From Christensenellales bacterium (GTDB lineage Bacteria; Bacillota; Clostridia; Christensenellales; CALWSW01), in the NCBI GenBank assembly GCA_050945915.1, contig JBMNTV010000004.1, forward strand, positions 1 to 60,178: DNA of 60,178 nt, read 5' to 3'. A program made the position numbers and the translations under genes. Below, piece by piece: positions 1 to 8,852 of this stretch; position 1 is the first letter of the stretch; each line of letters begins with the position of its first letter. The notes under the pieces were generated by a model. It did no database searches and had not been told where the DNA came from. It saw only the letters and a list, made by a program, of their open reading frames with translations.

Positions 1-266
1 GTTCTGATGAGCAGGGTAATCCCCGATACCACAGCCACAAAAGCCAACGCCAGCAGCGCACAGGCACCAATGGCATAGGCGTTATCCCGGTTGACGGCGC
101 TTTGGCCCAGGGAAAGCCTGATCTTATCGTCTATTTTCCATACCGCCCTGGATATCCACTTGACCGGGTTGAAAAACACCGCTTTTCCAAAGATCAGTTC
201 GATCAGAACAGCGATGAGAATTTCCCCCCAGGCGGGAAAACCAAGAAGAAGCACATTGTTAAACAT
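1..266 (-). CDS. CbiB/CobD-like membrane protein (N-terminal part; runs off the window start)
   Basis: Not in the ORF track. ATG at 266 with SD GAGGTG; reads MFNNVLLLGFPAWGEILIAVLIELIFGKAVFFNPVKWISRAVWKIDDKIR..., resembling the CbiB N-terminal 'LD..lGDP...HPV..iG' pattern followed by a TM helix. Confidence 0.55.
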   Translation of the reverse strand, partial: MFNNVLLLGFPAWGEILIAVLIELIFGKAVFFNPVKWISRAVWKIDDKIRLSLGQSAVNRDNAYAIGACALLALAFVAVVSGITLLIR

Positions 267-405
267 TGGACACCTCATAAAGCAGACGACGGGCGAACGG
301 AACGGACAAAGCGCCGAAGCGTCATCGCACGGCGCGTTACGGTCTGCCCAGGCATACCGCCCGTTAGCGAATTTTCCCGTTGTCATTGCCCTATATTAGG
401 AGCAT

Positions 406-434
406 AATATACCAGATACTTGATCGATTGGCAT
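406..434 (-). promoter_or_regulatory. putative sigma-A promoter for the CbiB-like gene
   Basis: ATGCCA-17-TATATT with TG extension on the minus strand. Confidence 0.4.
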
Positions 435-644
435 CCATTTTCGCTGTGATGTGCTTTTGATGCGCTAAAAACCGCTTTTGGGGACATGGTTGCACCAAAG
501 CAAAGTACGCCAGGCCCAGCGAGCGACCGGACGGAACGCCTGCATCCTCCGGTAAGCCTCGTCGCAATCATGGGCTTTTTCGCCGGCGGGCGGAGGCGCA
601 AATCCCTCATGATAAGCCTTCCATGCCGGACTGCGCCTTTTCGG

Positions 645-673
645 TTGCGAAGGCCCTGGCCCGGTGATATAAT
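645..673 (+). promoter_or_regulatory. sigma-A promoter for the PLC-ktr genes
   Basis: TTGCGA-17-TATAAT with extended -10 TG. Confidence 0.7.
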
Positions 674-720
674 GCAGAGCATCAACGGCAGTAACGCCAT
701 GCGTGATGAGGTTCAGCTGA

Positions 721-1776
721 ATGCCGTATTTATATTCCCATGCTTGCTGCTCCGCTTTGGCGCGGGAGGCGGTTTTTTTCGGAAGCCTTCCCCCCGTTCC
801 TCTTTCGGAAAGGCTTGCAAACAAAAGCGGCGTCGCTGCGCATCCCCCGTATGACGGGTTGCTGCACGCCGGCGACGGCCCTGTCTCCATCATCGAGGCC
901 AGGCTCCCCCTTTACCGCTGGGGCGCCCAAGGGCCGGACATCTGGTTTTATCACGCCCTGATCAACCCTTTGAACTCCCAGAGGCGCTGGGGCAACCGCA
1001 TCCACGCCAAGAACGTGGATCTGACCATGGAGGCGTTGCTGGATTGCACCCTGGATGCCCAAGGAAGCGAGAAGGATGGGCGTTTTGCCTATTTTTGCGG
1101 CTTTTTGACTCACTATGCCCTGGATTGTGTCGCCCACCCCTTCGTGCATAGCAGGTGCGGCAACCATCAATACCACACGATGTTCGAGGCGGAGATGGAT
1201 ACCGCCCTCCTGGCCCTTTCGGGGGAAAGTCCCAAGACCCTTCCCCCTTCCTTGAACATGCCCGCCCTTTCCACCAAAGAAGCCGCCATCGTGGTAGCGA
1301 TGCAGTCTGCGGTGGTGGAGCGCTGGGGGGAAACGGTTCCCGAAGGCGTACTCCCTTCCATCGTCCAAAAAGTGCCCGCCATTCTCAAACGCCAGCACGA
1401 CCCAAGGGGAAGGAAGCGCAGGCTGGCCACCGCCCTGGAGCGGCTGATCGCGGGTCGCCCGGCGATTTCCCGCTTTTTGTTCCCCCTTGTTGCGGACGAA
1501 GAAAGGGATGTCCTCAACCTTCGCCATCATGTTTGGCCGCTGCCCTGGTCCGGCGAACCCAGAACCGACGATTTCCTTTCGCTTTTGGAAGCCGCCGCTC
1601 TGCGGGCAGCTGATTATATCCGTTCGCTTTTTTACTGCGTTTATCGCGGGTCGCCTAAATCCTCCGCCCTTGAGGCGATCGGCCAGCTTTCGCTGGACAA
1701 CGGCCTGCCCTGGCGGGAATCCTTCGTCGACGAACCGTTTCACGCGGGCGTCTATGACGTCAAGCCCAGGAGGTAA
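721..1776 (+). CDS. zinc-dependent phospholipase C family protein (Zn_dep_PLPC-like)
   Basis: MP...H N-terminus, GAQGPD, GFLTHYALDCVAHPFVH and H..FE..MD metal-ligand motifs; no signal peptide. Confidence 0.8.
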   Translation: MPYLYSHACCSALAREAVFFGSLPPVPLSERLANKSGVAAHPPYDGLLHAGDGPVSIIEARLPLYRWGAQGPDIWFYHALINPLNSQRRWGNRIHAKNVDLTMEALLDCTLDAQGSEKDGRFAYFCGFLTHYALDCVAHPFVHSRCGNHQYHTMFEAEMDTALLALSGESPKTLPPSLNMPALSTKEAAIVVAMQSAVVERWGETVPEGVLPSIVQKVPAILKRQHDPRGRKRRLATALERLIAGRPAISRFLFPLVADEERDVLNLRHHVWPLPWSGEPRTDDFLSLLEAAALRAADYIRSLFYCVYRGSPKSSALEAIGQLSLDNGLPWRESFVDEPFHAGVYDVKPRR

Positions 1777-1777
1777 C

Positions 1778-3139
1778 ATGCTCGGCCATCCTTTTTCCCC
1801 CAGACGTCATCACATGCACCCCACGCGTGTTCTGGCTCTGGGTTTTCTCTCCGTCATCGTGGCGGGAACCCTGCTGCTGATGCTTCCCATCGCCACCTCT
1901 TCCGGTAAGAGCGTGGGGTTTTTGACCGCCCTTTTTACCGCGACCTCCTGCGTGTGCGTCACCGGGCTGACGGTGGTGGAAGTGGGCCTCGTGTATTCCG
2001 GATTTGGGCATTTCGTCATGTTGTGCCTGATCCAGATCGGCGGTCTGGGCTTTATGACCGCCGCCGCCCTGCTTCTGATGGCCATCGGCAAGCGCATTAC
2101 CCTCAGGAACCGCATGACCATCGCCGAAGGGCTGAATGAAGGCAGCATCGCGGGGCAGGTGCGGCTGGTCCGTTCCGTCGTGTTGATGACTGCCATCATC
2201 GAACTGGCGGGGGCCATTCTGCTTGCTTTCAAGTTTGTTCCGACTTTTGGCCTGGGCAAGGGGCTTTGGTATTCCGTGTTCCATGCGATATCCGCCTTCT
2301 GCAACGCCGGATTCGACATCCTTGGCAACGGGAACTCCATCGTTAATCTGAACAGCTCGCCCTATGTTCTTCTGGTGCTGGCGGCGCTGATTATCCTGGG
2401 CGGCCTGGGCTTTTCCGTGATCAACGACGTGATCAAAAGGCGGCGCTACGCCTCGTTGCACCTGCATTCCAAGATCGTCATCCTCATGACGGCTGTTTTG
2501 CTTGCGGCAGGCACGGTGCTGTTCTTCCTGAATGAGCAAAACAACCCCGGCACCATGGGCGAAATGGCCCTGGGGGACAAGGTCGTCAACTCATTTTTTC
2601 AGTCCGTCACGCTGCGCACCTGCGGGTTCGCCTCCGTGAACCAGGGGCTTTTGTCCAACGGCTCCCTGCTTTTGTGCATGCTGCTGATGTTCATTGGCGC
2701 CAGCCCCGCATCCACCGGCGGCGGCATTAAGACCACCACGGCCTTTGCCATGGTGTTGCAGGTGATCAGCGTCGTCAGGGGCAGAAACGACCTGGAGTTC
2801 GCAGAGCGAAAGCTCCCCGTGGGAACGGGCAGGCGGGCCGTTGCGATCATTTTCATCGCCGCGGGCATCCTGGTGCTGATGGTCACCATCGTCTGCTTTG
2901 CGGAAATGGACCGGGGCTTTTCTGCTACCGAGATCCTCTATGAGTGCATCTCGGCTTTTGCAACGGTGGGCAACAGCACGGGGATCACCGCTTCCCTCAC
3001 CCCGGTCAGCAAGCTGGTTCTGATCGTCGGCATGTTCTGCGGCCGCGTCGGCCCGGTAACGCTGGCCGTCGCCTTCGCTGGAAGGAGCGGGAACGAGGGC
3101 GGCGCGCATTACCCGGAAGAAAGGATCATGGTCGGGTGA
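1778..3139 (+). CDS. ktrB: Trk/Ktr potassium uptake membrane subunit (TrkH/KtrB)
   Basis: Four P-loop motifs (CVTGL, FCNAGF, RTCGF, ATVGNS), GASPASTGGGIK and C-terminal YPEERIMVG; start refined to ATG 1778. Confidence 0.92.
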   Translation: MLGHPFSPRRHHMHPTRVLALGFLSVIVAGTLLLMLPIATSSGKSVGFLTALFTATSCVCVTGLTVVEVGLVYSGFGHFVMLCLIQIGGLGFMTAAALLLMAIGKRITLRNRMTIAEGLNEGSIAGQVRLVRSVVLMTAIIELAGAILLAFKFVPTFGLGKGLWYSVFHAISAFCNAGFDILGNGNSIVNLNSSPYVLLVLAALIILGGLGFSVINDVIKRRRYASLHLHSKIVILMTAVLLAAGTVLFFLNEQNNPGTMGEMALGDKVVNSFFQSVTLRTCGFASVNQGLLSNGSLLLCMLLMFIGASPASTGGGIKTTTAFAMVLQVISVVRGRNDLEFAERKLPVGTGRRAVAIIFIAAGILVLMVTIVCFAEMDRGFSATEILYECISAFATVGNSTGITASLTPVSKLVLIVGMFCGRVGPVTLAVAFAGRSGNEGGAHYPEERIMVG

Positions 3140-3222
3140 CTGCCCGACCATAACCGGCTCCCAGAGCGCGGGGCTGTTTTCTTTTAAATATCACAATTTA
3201 CGCATTCTTTCGAGGAGGAATC

Positions 3223-3885
3223 ATGGCACGCAAGCAATTCGCCATCCTGGGCATGGGCAGATTTGGCATGTCGATGGGTCGCACCCTGGCTTCCATGGGG
3301 CATGACGTTCTGGCGGTGGACCACGACGAAGCCCGCATCAACGCCATCGCCGACGAGGTCACCCACGCCCTGATCATGGACATCACCGATGAAGAGAGCA
3401 TCCGCCAGCTCGGCCTTTCCAATTTTGACGTTGTGGTGGTTTCCATCGGCAACGACCTTCAGTCCTCTATCATGGCAGTGGTTCTCGCAAAGGAAGCGGG
3501 GGCAAAAACCGTCATCGCCAAGGCGACGGACGACCTGCACGCCAAGATACTCCAAAAGGTGGGGGCGGACAGGATCGTGATGCCCGAAAAGGACATGGGC
3601 GCAAGGCTTGCCCAGAAGCTGGTTTCCAATAATGTTCTGGATTTCATCGAGCTGTCCAACGACTATTGCTTCACGGACATGCAATGTCCGGACAAATGGG
3701 TGGGCAAGAACCTCCGCCAGCTGGATCTGCGTGGACGGTATGGCGCCAACGTCGTCGCCCTGTGCAGGGACAGCGGAAAGATGGACATCTCCCCCGCTCC
3801 GGACTTGCCGCTGCGCCACGGGGATCGGTTGATCATGATCGCGCCAAAGACCGTCGTGGAAAAAATGGACCACATGCTGGGTTGA
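3223..3885 (+). CDS. ktrA: Trk/Ktr regulatory RCK subunit (TrkA/KtrA)
   Basis: GMGRFG Rossmann motif, RCK_N plus RCK_C, PEKDMG; SD GAGGAGG. Confidence 0.92.
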   Translation: MARKQFAILGMGRFGMSMGRTLASMGHDVLAVDHDEARINAIADEVTHALIMDITDEESIRQLGLSNFDVVVVSIGNDLQSSIMAVVLAKEAGAKTVIAKATDDLHAKILQKVGADRIVMPEKDMGARLAQKLVSNNVLDFIELSNDYCFTDMQCPDKWVGKNLRQLDLRGRYGANVVALCRDSGKMDISPAPDLPLRHGDRLIMIAPKTVVEKMDHMLG

Positions 3886-3930
3886 CGCCTGTCAAAAGAG
3901 CCTGTCGTTTCCCGCAAGCGCCATAGCAGC

Positions 3931-3979
3931 ATCTTCGGGCGCGCCTTCCTGCTTTGGAGGCGTGCCCGACGATTTTTTT
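3931..3979 (+). terminator. intrinsic terminator after ktrA
   Basis: TCGGGCGCGCCTTC/GGAGGCGTGCCCGA stem followed by T7. Confidence 0.75.
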
Positions 3980-4182
3980 CGATTCGCGCCAACTAGCCCG
4001 GGCGAAGGGGTTGCCAAAAAACTTTCAGCAAGGCCCATTTCCCGCATTCGCTTAGCGCTTCCTTCGGTAGCGCGCCTTTACGCCCCGCCGCGCAGTTCTT
4101 CTGAAGCGCCCTGACCCGGCGCTCCCCGGGGATGTCTTTCGATTTTTTCTTACCTAATATATTCGCTCACCCATGAGCCGGG

Positions 4183-4961
4183 CTAAATCTCCCGCTGGAT
4201 GCTGAGCACCGCCCGTGCGACGAGTTTTCGCGGAAGAAGTCTGGAAAAGAAGGCAAGCAGCTTATTGCGCCCGCCGTGAATCGCCACCCGCTTCCCCTTC
4301 ATCAGGCAGCGGAAGCCGTATTCGGCCACTTCCTGAGCCGAAGCGGGCTTGAGGGATGCAAAGAGCATGGACCGGCCGGCGAGGGATGCCCAGCGCTCAA
4401 AGTCGGTTAGGGTGGGTCCCGGGCAAAGGGCGGTCACAGAAACGCCACTGCCAACAAGCTCCAGGGCGATCGCTTCGGAAAAGGACAGCACAAAGGCCTT
4501 CGAAGCGTATAACAGGCCATTAGAGGGCCCGGCGTAAACGCGGCAAGGGAGGCGACGTTCAGCACCCTGCCCATGCCCCTTTCGATCATGCCGGGGAGGA
4601 ACAGCCGGGTCAGCCGAACCAACGCAGCGATGTTGACTTCGAGCATTTCACGCTGGTTTTCGGGATCGCCTTCAACAAACATGCCAAAACCGCCAAAGCC
4701 CGCGTTGTTGACCAGCACGTCCACGAAGACGCCTTGTTCCCGCATCCAGGCAAACAGCTTGTCCTGCCCGTCCTCGGTGGTCAGGTCCGCCGCAACCGCC
4801 AGGACTTTTGCGCCAAAGCCTTTGGCGATCTTTTGCGCTTGCGCAAGCCTTTCCTCGTCCCTGCCGGTCAAAATCAAGTCATAGCCGTTTTTTGCGAAAA
4901 CCGTGGCAAAAGCCCTGCCCAGCCCTCCCGTCGCCCCGGTGATTAGCGCTGTTTTTGTCAT
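4183..4961 (-). pseudogene. SDR family oxidoreductase with a single-base frameshift (pseudogene or sequencing error)
   Basis: TGATGGLG and NNAG in the 5' frame; the YxxxK motif is split at about 4509, where adding one T restores CYYASKAFVLSFSEA, which continues in ORF 4183-4491. Confidence 0.8.
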
Positions 4962-5017
4962 AAATTCCCTCCAACCCTGAATTCTGGAAAATACATCTTT
5001 CATGGAACCCATTATCG

Positions 5018-5030
5018 TGATATTATATCA
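5018..5030. promoter_or_regulatory. symmetric overlapping extended -10 elements (possible bidirectional promoter)
   Basis: Palindrome TGATATtATATCA reads TGaTATTAT on + and TGaTATAAT on -, between divergent genes. Confidence 0.45.
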
Positions 5031-5066
5031 GAAAAGAGTTCTTGGCATGGAGGATTTTTCTATACG

Positions 5067-6413
5067 ATGAAACGACGCTTTTCATGCGCCGCTGTCGCAC
5101 TGTTGCTTTGTGCGACTTTTTTGCTGTCCATGGCGCCTGCCACGGCATATGCCTGGAGGCCCGACCCTGTGACGTATGCCAACGCCGACCCGGAGCGGTA
5201 TACCATCATCGTGGACCTCGTCAACAAGATCGTCACCGTCTATGAGCGCGAAGGCGACAACGCCTACGGCAGCATCGCGCGCCAGTCCCTTTGCACCATC
5301 GGCGCCAGCGGCACGGAAACCCCCGCGGGGTCCTGGCGGCTGACCGACCGCCGCCGCCGCTTTGGCTATTTTTCGAAATATGACGTCTATGCCCAGTATT
5401 GGGTGCAGGTGGTGGGGGGGATCTATTTCCATTCCATCCTTTATACCAAGCCGCAGGAGGGGCATTTTACCCGCACCTCCTTTTACGCCCTGGGCACCGC
5501 CGCTTCCCACGGGTGCATCCGCCTGCTGGTGGAGGATGCGCGCTGGATTTATTACAATTGCCCGCCGGGAACCCTGGTCGTGGTCACCAGGAACAAGGCC
5601 GAAAACCCCGAACTCGTCGCGAGCCTGAAGCCCAAGTTCACTTCCAGCAAGTATCGTCCGGAGCCGGACGAGTATGAGGCCGCCAACCTGGCCCTTCCCA
5701 GAGGGGCCGCGAAGCGGGGTTCTGCCCTTTTGGATTCGAAGGGCAATTTCGTCGCCACGGTGGAAAAGGGCGAGTTCTTCGAAATCCTGCTTTCCGGATA
5801 TCCCAAATCCACGATACGGCTTTCCTCTGGTGAGACGGGGCTTTTGGAAAACGAGCGCATCCTGTTTTTGGACAACTCGCCGGGAAGCGTCGTTCATGAG
5901 CTGACTGCCGATGCGAAGGTGTATGAACGTCCCAACAACGCCACAGAGCCCATTGCCACCCTGGCAAAGGGAACGCAAATCAACATCCTTGGCAGCACCG
6001 TTTATTTCCATCGGATCGAGGCTTCCGGAACGGTGGGTTACGTGCTAAAATCCAGAGTGCAGGTCAGGTCGTTGTCCCTTGAGCAGGAGGATTTCGAAGC
6101 CCTGCTGGATGCGGACGACGACAGCGAGGAAATCTCTTTTTCCATGATGCGGGTCAAGTCCGAAAGCGCGAATCTTTATGAACGCGCCTCCAATCGCTAC
6201 GATCCCATCGCCCGCTTTGGAAAAGGCACAGACCTGATCGTCCTCAGCTCCACCGAAAACTTCCACAAAGTCAGCGTCGGCGGATACACGGGTTACATCC
6301 TGAAAAGGGATTGCCACAAAGTCAACGTCATCCACAGCAGTGGAAAAAAATACAGCCTTCGGGTGTTTGAGCTGGATCTTTCCGAAGAAGGACCCCCTGA
6401 GGACGAAGATTAA
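5067..6413 (+). CDS. L,D-transpeptidase (YkuD domain) with C-terminal SH3b-like repeats
   Basis: Signal peptide, TP.GSW, FHS...ASHGCIRL catalytic motif, repeated 'YER....PIA....GT..ILG....F..V..G.TGY.LK' units. Confidence 0.85.
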   Translation: MKRRFSCAAVALLLCATFLLSMAPATAYAWRPDPVTYANADPERYTIIVDLVNKIVTVYEREGDNAYGSIARQSLCTIGASGTETPAGSWRLTDRRRRFGYFSKYDVYAQYWVQVVGGIYFHSILYTKPQEGHFTRTSFYALGTAASHGCIRLLVEDARWIYYNCPPGTLVVVTRNKAENPELVASLKPKFTSSKYRPEPDEYEAANLALPRGAAKRGSALLDSKGNFVATVEKGEFFEILLSGYPKSTIRLSSGETGLLENERILFLDNSPGSVVHELTADAKVYERPNNATEPIATLAKGTQINILGSTVYFHRIEASGTVGYVLKSRVQVRSLSLEQEDFEALLDADDDSEEISFSMMRVKSESANLYERASNRYDPIARFGKGTDLIVLSSTENFHKVSVGGYTGYILKRDCHKVNVIHSSGKKYSLRVFELDLSEEGPPEDED

Positions 6414-6426
6414 ACATGCGCTTAAC

Positions 6427-6453
6427 AAAGGGCGGGAGCAAGCCCGCCCTTTT
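6427..6453 (+). terminator. intrinsic terminator after the L,D-transpeptidase
   Basis: AAAGGGCGGG/CCCGCCCTTT stem with T tail. Confidence 0.7.
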
Positions 6454-6503
6454 GATTCATTTTACATTTGAAAAATTTTGGCGAAAGGACACTGCTTCCT
6501 CCC

Positions 6504-7868
6504 ATGCAGAAGTTCAAATCCCTGATCGGCTGGGGCGACAGCCGGTTTTTTAAGCACTGGCTCTCCCTCGCCCTGCCGATCATGTTGCAGCAGGGCCTTG
6601 CTTCCGCCCTTTATCTGATCGACAACATCATGGTCGGCCAGCTTGGCGAGTCTGCCATCGCCGCCGTGGGCGTCGCCAACCAACTGACCTTTTTGTTGCA
6701 GGTGTTCGGCTTTGGCATCAACAGCGGAGCGGGAATCTTCGCTGCCCAGTATTGGGGCAAAAACGATAAAGACGGCATCCACCGTATCCAGGGCATCGCC
6801 CTGACCCTTTCGGTGGCGTTGGGCGCCCTCTTCATGGTGGCTGCCCTGCTTTTCGGACATGCGGTATCCGACGTATTTTCCAACGATCCTGCCGTCATCG
6901 CCCTTTCGGCAAAATACCTGGCCATCATCGGCTGGTCCTATCTGTTCCAGCTGGTATCCCAGACGCTAAGCATCATTCTGCGCGCCTGCGGCAGCCCCAT
7001 GCTGCCCATGATTGCCACCCTCGCAGGTGTCTGCACCAACGGCGTGTTGAATTACATCTTCATCTTCGGCCATCTTGGATTGCCTGCCATGGGCGTCGAA
7101 GGAGCCGCTCTGGCGACGTTGATCGCGGCAATCGTCAGCACTGGGACGCTGATAGCCGTCAGCGTAAAGAAAAAGATGATCGTCGCAGCACCCTTCAAAA
7201 AGCTCTTTTCCTTTTCCAAATCGCTGTTTCGGGAGTTCCTCAAGATCTCCCTGCCGGTTTTTTTCAACGAAGCCCTGTGGTCATCGGGCATTTCGATGTA
7301 CAGCATCCTCTGGGGAATCCTGGGGACGGAGTTTCAGGCCTCCATGCAGATTTACACCACTGTGGACAGGATTGGCTTTGTGATGATGGCGGGCCTCGGG
7401 TCTGCGGCCAGCGTGATCACCGGCAACAGCATTGGCGAAGGGAAGCTCGGCCAGGCAAAGCTGTATTCTGGGCGGATGCTCGTCCTCACCCCTTTGGCCG
7501 TGCTGCTGTTTGGCCTTGTTTTGCAAGGATTCGCCCCGGTATTCATGGGCTTTTTCGATGTGACTCCGACGGTTTCCGCCATGGCGCTTTCGGTGATCCG
7601 GGTCTATTGCGGGGCGATGTTCATCTATGCCCTCAATTACACCATCATCATCGGGACGCTGCGCGCAGGCGGAGATACGGCCTATGCCAGCGCCGTGGAC
7701 CTGCTGGGTCTGTGGGTGGTTTCTATTCCGCTGGCCTTCCTCTGCGGTCTGGTCTTTGGCCTGCCGATCTGGGCCGTCTATCTCGCCACCATTTCCGGGG
7801 ACATCGTTAAAGCCGTCATGGGGCTAAGAAGGCTTCGCACCGGCAAATGGATCAAGGTGCTGGATTGA
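6504..7868 (+). CDS. MATE family efflux transporter
   Basis: About 12 TM helices; LIDNIMVGQLG, AQYWG, P.MGVEGAALAT, LRAGGDT; start uncertain (6468 TTG or 6504 ATG). Confidence 0.9.
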   Translation: MQKFKSLIGWGDSRFFKHWLSLALPIMLQQGLASALYLIDNIMVGQLGESAIAAVGVANQLTFLLQVFGFGINSGAGIFAAQYWGKNDKDGIHRIQGIALTLSVALGALFMVAALLFGHAVSDVFSNDPAVIALSAKYLAIIGWSYLFQLVSQTLSIILRACGSPMLPMIATLAGVCTNGVLNYIFIFGHLGLPAMGVEGAALATLIAAIVSTGTLIAVSVKKKMIVAAPFKKLFSFSKSLFREFLKISLPVFFNEALWSSGISMYSILWGILGTEFQASMQIYTTVDRIGFVMMAGLGSAASVITGNSIGEGKLGQAKLYSGRMLVLTPLAVLLFGLVLQGFAPVFMGFFDVTPTVSAMALSVIRVYCGAMFIYALNYTIIIGTLRAGGDTAYASAVDLLGLWVVSIPLAFLCGLVFGLPIWAVYLATISGDIVKAVMGLRRLRTGKWIKVLD

Positions 7869-7919
7869 CAGGTGTATGCGTGTTAGAATAAGGGTGCACT
7901 TCGTTATGAGGAGAGAGAA

Positions 7920-8756
7920 ATGGCACATTTCGATTTTGAAGTCGTCGGAAAGATCGGTTCCATGGCCCTGATCCGCAAAAACGAGGGCGCGCTGGACTAC
8001 AATGTCTTTTCCCGCATCGGCGAACAGCTCCGGCCCGGGATCATTTGGGTGAGTTCCGGCGCCGTGGAGATCGGCAGGTTGGACTATATGCGCAGAAACG
8101 GCGGGATCGAACTCCTCGGAGACGAGGAGGACACCAAAACGGATTATGCTGCCCAGGGCCAGGCGATTTTGATGGAGAATTACAGGCGGTTTATTGCGCC
8201 CCAGTATTCCGTCCGCCAGCTTCTTGTGGAGCACACCCATTTTAACGATCCGGAGAAGCGGGAGCATATCCGCCGATTTCTGATGCGCTGCCCCGCCCAG
8301 AACGCCATACCCATCGTCAATTACAATGACCCCGTATCCTTTGAGGAAAACCGCAAGCTGGAACTGCAGCATCTGCGCGACCACACCAAGAATGAGCATC
8401 TCGTGGAATGCGTGGACAATGACGAGACCGCCGCGGTCATCTGTACCCTGGTTCGCGCGCGGTACCTGGTTCTCTTTACCTCGGCGGAAGGCATTTACGC
8501 CGAGCCGACGGATCCTTCCACCCTGATTCCGGAAATTGGCGGCGCCAACGTGGAGGAGGTCATCGAAAACATCCGCTTCCACCAGCAATCCTGCGTCGGC
8601 GCCAGCCGGAAGGGCGCAAACGGCGCCAAGGCGAAGCTGGAATTCTGCATCGAACCCGTCCGGCAGAAAACCACGGTGTTCATCGCTTCGGCGAATTACA
8701 AGCTGACCGACGTGATTGCCGGCAAGGCCCCCTGCACCCGAATCGGCGCGCGCTAA
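7920..8756 (+). CDS. amino-acid kinase family protein, glutamate 5-kinase-like, no PUA domain
   Basis: KIGS, VSSGAV, AAQGQ, IPIVNYND, DND and LFTS.EGIY motifs. Confidence 0.75.
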   Translation: MAHFDFEVVGKIGSMALIRKNEGALDYNVFSRIGEQLRPGIIWVSSGAVEIGRLDYMRRNGGIELLGDEEDTKTDYAAQGQAILMENYRRFIAPQYSVRQLLVEHTHFNDPEKREHIRRFLMRCPAQNAIPIVNYNDPVSFEENRKLELQHLRDHTKNEHLVECVDNDETAAVICTLVRARYLVLFTSAEGIYAEPTDPSTLIPEIGGANVEEVIENIRFHQQSCVGASRKGANGAKAKLEFCIEPVRQKTTVFIASANYKLTDVIAGKAPCTRIGAR

Positions 8757-8801
8757 ATCGGAAGGCGGGGCCACCCGAACCAAAAACCCTTCAACCGGCA
8801 A

Positions 8802-8838
8802 AACAAATGCGCCCCGATTCGTTCGGGGCGCATTTGTT
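8802..8838. terminator. bidirectional terminator between convergent genes
   Basis: Perfect 16-bp stem AACAAATGCGCCCCGA/TCGGGGCGCATTTGTT. Confidence 0.8.
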
Positions 8839-8852
8839 ATTTCTTTCAACCG

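Noticed and set aside
383-893. Several 100-140 aa ORFs in the first intergenic region
   Set aside because: No SD or recognisable motifs; they overlap promoters and the real gene start at 721.
7865-7889. TTGACA and TAGAAT upstream of the kinase
   Set aside because: The spacing is only 13 bp; at best an extended -10 alone.
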